From contig BTUM01000029.1 of assembly GCA_045863235.1 (NCBI GenBank), positions 1-64,000 on the forward strand: a stretch of 64,000 bases of DNA. The letters are read 5' to 3'. Positions 58,905-64,000 of this stretch are shown here, in pieces. Below the pieces are notes generated by a model that saw nothing but the letters and a program-made list of their open reading frames with translations, had not been told where the DNA came from and made no database searches. Numbering within the stretch: the stretch's first letter is position 1; every line of letters begins with the position of its first letter. This DNA comes from Candidatus Xenobia bacterium (GTDB taxonomy: Bacteria; Vulcanimicrobiota; Xenobia; Xenobiales; QWHO01). A program made the translations under genes and the position numbers.

Positions 58905-59699
58905 GTGCGGATTCTATTGACGCTCTGTCTTGCGGCAACTCTAACGGTGAGCGCGACCGCCCAGGGTCCCTGCGGCCCTTGCGGACCCTGTGGGCCGTCG
59001 GGCCCGAGCGGTGGCGTGACCACTCCAGGTCCGATGCTCGGACCCGGCGATCGAAGCATGAACGACGGAGACCGCGATTCCGGCCCCGGGTCACGCATTC
59101 GCAGTCAGAAAGACCTTGATCAGTACATTCAAGATGAGTACGGAGGCGACTACACTCGGGCTGGCAATGATCCACGGGTTAAGGACTACTTCAATGGTCT
59201 CCAGGGCGAAGAGCGATACATCCTGCAAGACAGGCTGAGCGCCAATCACGACTACGCGAACCCCAAGGACCCGAGCATGCAGCGAATCACGGGCACCGCT
59301 TCCAACGACTATTACTGCCACGATTTTGCCTGGCGCCAGGGGGACAAGTCTCCTCCCGAGGGGGGACACCTCGACCCGAACCCGATCCTGGCCGACCCCG
59401 GAACGTACGGCTATACCCGTGTCACCACCCCTCAGGCAGGGGACATCGTGATCTACCATCAAACAAGCACCTCGGTGGCCGACCATTCCGGCCTGGTTGT
59501 CCGCGTCAGCGACGGCAATGTGCACATGATCAGCAAGGACGTCAAGAACTCGCTCTTCCGCCACACCCTGGACAGCCCCAACAACTATTTCCGAGGCGCT
59601 TATGGTGCCCAGGGGATCACGATTCTGCGCCCTGGCCCCTACGCGGTTCCCCCCGGGACAGCGGGCAACCCGCCCAGGCCGGCCGTCTCAGGTCCTTAA
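58905..59699 (+). CDS. Secreted protein with a papain-like (Cys-His) domain and GPC repeats
   Basis: Signal peptide from GTG 58905 after GGAGG, GPCGPCGPCGPSGPS, YYCHDFAW, AGDIVIY...DHSGLV...SK. Confidence 0.6.
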   Translation: MRILLTLCLAATLTVSATAQGPCGPCGPCGPSGPSGGVTTPGPMLGPGDRSMNDGDRDSGPGSRIRSQKDLDQYIQDEYGGDYTRAGNDPRVKDYFNGLQGEERYILQDRLSANHDYANPKDPSMQRITGTASNDYYCHDFAWRQGDKSPPEGGHLDPNPILADPGTYGYTRVTTPQAGDIVIYHQTSTSVADHSGLVVRVSDGNVHMISKDVKNSLFRHTLDSPNNYFRGAYGAQGITILRPGPYAVPPGTAGNPPRPAVSGP

Positions 59700-59767
59700 T
59701 CAGGACCCTCGGCTTGACAGTTCCGCGCGCGGTTCCGTGCGCTGCAGAATCGGCTTGAACGTTCCAG

Positions 59768-59846
59768 CTGGGCGCGTTATCAGGGGCTGATGCAAAACCG
59801 ATTGTGTAGGGCATCAGCCTGAAAAGCCCTGGGCGCGTTATCAGGG
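59768..59846. repeat. 18-bp direct repeat flanking a small hairpin at the 3' end of nth
   Basis: CTGGGCGCGTTATCAGGG at 59768-59785 and 59829-59846, with GGCTGATGC/GCATCAGCC between them. Confidence 0.8.
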
Positions 59847-60464
59847 CGCGCCAGTGGCAGCCCAGGAGCAGATGGGGCACTCCTGTGGCCTGTGTCGCAG
59901 CGCCGGGCAGTATTGCCGCCCGAAGTAGATGATCTGCAGGTGCAGCTTGTTCCAGGCCTTCCGAGGAAAATGGCGCTTGAGGTCGCGCTCGGTCTCGGCC
60001 ACGTTCTTCCCGCTGGAAAGGCCCCAGCGCCGGGCCAACCGGTGGATGTGGGTATCCACCGGGAAGGCAGGCTCGCCGAAAGCCTGGGCCATCACCACCG
60101 AGGCCGTCTTGTGGCCGACTCCGGGCAGGGCCTCCAGCTCCTCGAAGCTGCGCGGCACCTGACCCTGGTGGCGCTCCACCAGGAGATGACTCAGGGCTTT
60201 GAGGTTGCGCGCCTTGGAGGGGGCCAGGCCGATGGCCCGGATCAACTGGCGAATCTCCTCCTCCTCCAGCTCGGCCATGGCCTGCGGGGTACAGGCGCGA
60301 GCGAACAGGGCCGGGGTGACCTGGTTGACCTTCTTGTCGGTCGTCTGGGCGCTCAAGAGGACGGCCACCAGCAGCGTAAACGGGTCCTGATGGGCCAGGG
60401 GAATGTCCACGGTGGGATAAAGCTCGTCCAGGATGGCCTGAATGCGAGCCGGCTTCTTACGCAC
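59841..60464 (-). CDS. nth: Endonuclease III
   Basis: LLVAVLLSAQTTDKKVN, HhH LPGVGHKTA, PVDTHIHR and C-terminal Cys residues. Confidence 0.95.
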   Translation of the reverse strand: MRKKPARIQAILDELYPTVDIPLAHQDPFTLLVAVLLSAQTTDKKVNQVTPALFARACTPQAMAELEEEEIRQLIRAIGLAPSKARNLKALSHLLVERHQGQVPRSFEELEALPGVGHKTASVVMAQAFGEPAFPVDTHIHRLARRWGLSSGKNVAETERDLKRHFPRKAWNKLHLQIIYFGRQYCPALRHRPQECPICSWAATGAP

Positions 60465-61953
60465 GACCGTAAGTGCGCGCGAGATCGAGCAAGAACTGCT
60501 CGTGCTCGGGCTTGATGGCCCCCTCGTCGTAGCGCCAGAGCCAGTTGTCGTGGCGGCGGCCGGGGAAGTTCATGCGAGCCTCGGTGCCCACCTCCAGCAC
60601 GTCCTGCAGGGGCACCACCACCATCGAGGCCACGCTGGCGAACACACCGCGAATCAGGGTGTGGGCCACCCGTAAGCCGTCGGTGTTGAAGTAGCGCCGG
60701 AAGTAATCCTTCTGACCTTCGTCAGCGGTCTCGTACCAACCCTGGCTGGTATCATTGTCGTGGGTGCCGGTGTAGGCCACGCAATGGCTGTTATAGTTGT
60801 GGGGCAGGAACTTGTCATGGGCATCCGAGCCAAAGGCAAACTGGAGCACCTTCATCCCCGGAAAGCCGGTGGCCTCGACCAGCTTGAGGACGTCCGGGGT
60901 GATCAGCCCGAGGTCCTCGGCGATGATGGGCAGATCTCCCAGCACCTTCTTGACCCGGCGGAACAACTCCAGCCCGGGCGCCTTGACCCAACGGCCCTGA
61001 CGGGCGTTCTTGGCCTTGCCGCTGACCTCGTAATAGGCGGCGAAACCGCGGAAATGGTCCACGCGCACGATGTCGTAGAGCCGGAAGGCAGCCTGGATCC
61101 GGGCCAGCCACCACAGAAAGCCATCCTGCTTCATCTCCTTCCAGCGGTAGAGGGGGTTGCCCCAGAGCTGTCCATCGGGTGAGAAGTAATCGGGCGGTAC
61201 GCCGGCCTGGACGCTGGGCCGCTTGTCCTTATCCAGATGAAAGGCGTGCGGCGCCACCCAGGTGTCGGCGCTGTCCATGGCAACAAAGATAGGAATGTCG
61301 CCGATCACCCGGATGCCCTTGCCGTTGGCATAACTGCGCAGATGCTGCCAGCCACGCTCGAAGAGCCACTGGATGAAGCGGTGTCCGTGCACCAGCTCGG
61401 CCTGCTGGTGGCGGGCCCGGGCCAGGGCCTCGGGATGCCGGTCACGCAATTCGACCGGCCATTCGTTCCAGGCCTTGCCCCCCTGCACGTGCTTGAGGGC
61501 CATGAACAGGGCAAAGTCATCCAGCCAGTCGGGCCCGTGCTGACTGCAAAAGTGGTGAAAGTCCGCCTTCTGGGAGGGATTGGCCCGACGTTCGAACTCC
61601 CCCGCCGCTTTGAGCAGCAAAGGGAGCTTCCACTCATACATCTGGCAATAGTCGACCCCCCTGGGCAGGAACTGAGGATGGCCATCGAGAGCGGCGGCAT
61701 CGAGCAGACCTTCCTCTACCAGGGTCTCCAGAGGCACCAGGTACGGGTTCCCCGCAAAGGAGCTGAAACTCTGATAGGGACTGTCACCATAGCTGGTGGG
61801 GCCCATGGGCAGGACCTGCCACAGCTTCTGACCGGCCCGAGCCAGGAAGTCGACGAACTCGTAGGCGACCTTGTTGAAAGAGCCGATCCCATAGGGGCCG
61901 GGGAAGGAGGTTGGATGCAGCAGAATGCCACTGCAACGGGGAAACTCAGCCAT
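60457..61953 (-). CDS. malQ: 4-alpha-glucanotransferase (amylomaltase, GH77)
   Basis: GILLHPTS, WQVLP, GDIPIFV, AGVPPDYFS..GQLWGNPLY, RVDHFRG, IAEDLG, YTGTHDNDT. Confidence 0.96.
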   Translation of the reverse strand: MAEFPRCSGILLHPTSFPGPYGIGSFNKVAYEFVDFLARAGQKLWQVLPMGPTSYGDSPYQSFSSFAGNPYLVPLETLVEEGLLDAAALDGHPQFLPRGVDYCQMYEWKLPLLLKAAGEFERRANPSQKADFHHFCSQHGPDWLDDFALFMALKHVQGGKAWNEWPVELRDRHPEALARARHQQAELVHGHRFIQWLFERGWQHLRSYANGKGIRVIGDIPIFVAMDSADTWVAPHAFHLDKDKRPSVQAGVPPDYFSPDGQLWGNPLYRWKEMKQDGFLWWLARIQAAFRLYDIVRVDHFRGFAAYYEVSGKAKNARQGRWVKAPGLELFRRVKKVLGDLPIIAEDLGLITPDVLKLVEATGFPGMKVLQFAFGSDAHDKFLPHNYNSHCVAYTGTHDNDTSQGWYETADEGQKDYFRRYFNTDGLRVAHTLIRGVFASVASMVVVPLQDVLEVGTEARMNFPGRRHDNWLWRYDEGAIKPEHEQFLLDLARTYGRA

Positions 61954-62098
61954 GAGGTCGGGGTTTATCGAGCGGAGGGGAATCCCCTCTCGGTGTCAAG
62001 TTAACATCCTGTCAATCTCCACGTAACGACCGCGCCGCCCCTTGCGCCTAGGATGCCTCAAAGCAACATACAAACCTGATGATTCAAGGGGGAGCTCC

Positions 62099-63196
62099 AT
62101 GAGCACCGTTATCGTAAATTCCTCTCTGGCCAACATGGCCCCGCCCCGCGCCCGACTCGTGGCGCCTCAGGCGCAGCGCGCTTCGGGCAGCGCCGATCAG
62201 GTCCAACTGAGCGGCCTCAAGGCCTCCGAGGAGAAGCCGACCGACCGGAGCACCTCGGTATCGACGCGGGTCCTGGCCGGAATGGGCCTGGCTCTGGCCA
62301 TGGGTGGCGCCCTGGCCGCCTGCACCGGTGCCGTCGCCGCCCCCGTGGCTCCTCCGCCCCCTCCGGCGATCACCCAGACCGTGCAGCAGGTCGGCATCCA
62401 GCCCATTTCGCCGCAGCATCAGGAGCTGATGAAAGAGGTGGCCGCGCCGAGCCTGACCGACAACCTGACCGCCAACCAGGTCCGCAACCGCTACGGGTCG
62501 GGCGTGGAGGATGCCATGGCCGAGGCCACTACCTTCCAGGAGATGCACACCCGGCTCAGCACCGTGGGCGAGAAGCTTCAGAGCTATGCCGATCAGCGGC
62601 CCGATGGCGGAAGCTTCGTCGACAACGGCAGTATCATCGGGGTGGAGAAGGACTCGGGCCGGACCACGGTCACCGTGCAAATGCCCGACTCGTCCGTGCA
62701 AGAAAGCGTGCGCAGCCGCTTCAGCCACACCGTGCGCGAGCGCGACTCGCGCGGCAACGTGGTCACCATGGAAGAGACTGCCCGCTTCGTCAAGATCACC
62801 GAGGACGGAGTCACCCGCACTTACCAGCGCCAGAGCGGCGACTTCGAAGTCGTCAGCGAGCAGGGGCCCCGCCTGCAGACCCGTCTGACCATCGACGGGG
62901 CTTCCATCCGCCAGGAGGTCAAGCAGACCATCTCGGGCTTCGCCGGCGACGTGATCGTGACCCGCACCACCAACTACGACGTGCCGGAGACCTCCATCAT
63001 GGTCTACCCGCGGGTGCTGGTCACCGAGACCACCACGACCACCACGCAAGACGTGGAGTTCGGCGGTATCAATCGGGAGAGCATCAAGACCGAGGTCTAC
63101 GATAATGGGAGCAGCCGCACCATTCGCAAGGGCGGGGACGGCAAAGAGCAGATCCAGGAGGAAGGCCCGGCCATCTTGATCGCCGGCGGTCGCTGA
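62099..63196 (+). CDS. Hypothetical beta-rich protein with a disordered leader and an internal lipoprotein-like signal
   Basis: ATG 62099 after GGGGGAG. Leader containing DQVQLS, then RVLAGMGLALAMGGALAAC. Ends in IQEEGPAILIAGGR. Confidence 0.7.
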   Translation: MSTVIVNSSLANMAPPRARLVAPQAQRASGSADQVQLSGLKASEEKPTDRSTSVSTRVLAGMGLALAMGGALAACTGAVAAPVAPPPPPAITQTVQQVGIQPISPQHQELMKEVAAPSLTDNLTANQVRNRYGSGVEDAMAEATTFQEMHTRLSTVGEKLQSYADQRPDGGSFVDNGSIIGVEKDSGRTTVTVQMPDSSVQESVRSRFSHTVRERDSRGNVVTMEETARFVKITEDGVTRTYQRQSGDFEVVSEQGPRLQTRLTIDGASIRQEVKQTISGFAGDVIVTRTTNYDVPETSIMVYPRVLVTETTTTTTQDVEFGGINRESIKTEVYDNGSSRTIRKGGDGKEQIQEEGPAILIAGGR

Positions 63197-63218
63197 GCCT
63201 GAGCCCTTCCAGGCTCCC

Positions 63219-63246
63219 GAAAGCCCGTCCTCGGACGGGCTTTCTT
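63219..63246 (+). terminator. Intrinsic terminator
   Basis: GAAAGCCCGTCC-TC-GGACGGGCTTTC followed by TT. Confidence 0.75.
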
Positions 63247-63269
63247 GCTGAAGCGGCGAAATCAGAAAG

Positions 63270-64000
63270 GTGAAGGTCTTTCAGCTCGACCTCCGCTCGC
63301 TGGCGCTGCTCCGGGTATCCCTCGGCTTTCTGGTGTTGCTCGATACCCTCTTGCGCGCTCGCGACCTCGAGGCTTTCTACACCGACAACGGACTCTTGCC
63401 GCGGGCCGACCTGGTGGAGCGTCCCTGGGGGGACCCCTGGCTCTGCCTGCACCTGGGGGCCGGCGGGGTGGTGGGCCAGGCGGTCCTCTTTCTCCTGACC
63501 GCCTTCTGCGCCGTCCAACTGATGCGTGGCTGGCGCACCCGGCTGATGATCTTCGCTTGCTGGTTGTCGCTCAACTCGCTCTACCAGCGCAACCCCCTGG
63601 TCAACGACCGGGGTGATCTCGAGCTCATCCTGGTCTTGTTTTGGAGCTTTTTCCTGCCGCTCGGGGCACGCTGGTCGGCGGACGCGCGACGGCACGGCTC
63701 CCCGGCTGAGCCAGCCTGCACGTCGCTGGCCTCGGCTGCCCTGGTGCTGCAGTTTGCGCAAATCTACCTGTTTGCGGCTCTGCTCAAGAACGGGCTTCCC
63801 TGGTTGCGCGGCGACGCGCTGCTCCTGTCTTGCCGCAGCGCCCTCTTTTGCACCCCCCTGAGCCAGAAGCTGGCCGAGTATCCAGAGCTGCTCCAGGCCT
63901 TGACCCACCCGGTCATCGCTCTGGAGCTCTTGATCCCCTGCCTGCTCCTCTTTCCCTGGGCCAACGGTCCCATCCGCAGCCTGGGGGTCCTGCTGCTCGT
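63270..64000 (+). CDS. HTTM-domain membrane protein (partial, runs off the window)
   Basis: Translated by hand from GTG 63270: VKVFQLDLRSLALLRVSLG...FYTDNGLLPR...RNPLVNDRGD...FLPLGARWSAD. Absent from the ORF track because there is no stop in the window. Confidence 0.85.
   Translation, partial: MKVFQLDLRSLALLRVSLGFLVLLDTLLRARDLEAFYTDNGLLPRADLVERPWGDPWLCLHLGAGGVVGQAVLFLLTAFCAVQLMRGWRTRLMIFACWLSLNSLYQRNPLVNDRGDLELILVLFWSFFLPLGARWSADARRHGSPAEPACTSLASAALVLQFAQIYLFAALLKNGLPWLRGDALLLSCRSALFCTPLSQKLAEYPELLQALTHPVIALELLIPCLLLFPWANGPIRSLGVLLL

Overview
High-GC bacterial chromosomal segment (roughly two-thirds G+C by eye) with about 58 supportable CDS. No rRNA, tRNA, CRISPR array, transposase or integrase was recognised. 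Housekeeping genes include gltB, a large NAD-glutamate dehydrogenase, malQ, nth, a Nei-type glycosylase, an RlmK/RlmI-type methyltransferase, a TPP enzyme and a PLP enzyme. They are interspersed with three Phd-VapC toxin-antitoxin modules, nuclease-like genes (XRE-DUF559, Uma2, AAA-DUF4143) and many hypothetical proteins. The main candidate for an undescribed system is dispersed. (1) Four or five otherwise unrelated proteins end in the same ~18-aa C-terminal motif (hydrophobic-x-E-x4-hydrophobic-x-hydrophobic-[GPS]-G-hydrophobic-x-hydrophobic, then basic residues). (2) Four promoters share an exact architecture: TnCAG-N4-CTTTCAG-N10-TAnnnT, and three of them continue -N6-ATG (leaderless). (3) Several hydrolases (S8 protease, C11 peptidase, NlpC/CHAP-type amidase) lack Sec signal peptides, and two proteins carry a signal peptide buried behind a disordered leader. 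I infer a co-regulated set of non-Sec-exported effector-like proteins; the export machine and the regulator are not in this window. A separate non-coding array at 22.5-23.4 kb has five GTAGTGC-N15-GCACTAC palindromes with invariant spacing. Family assignments come from motif recognition, not database searches.
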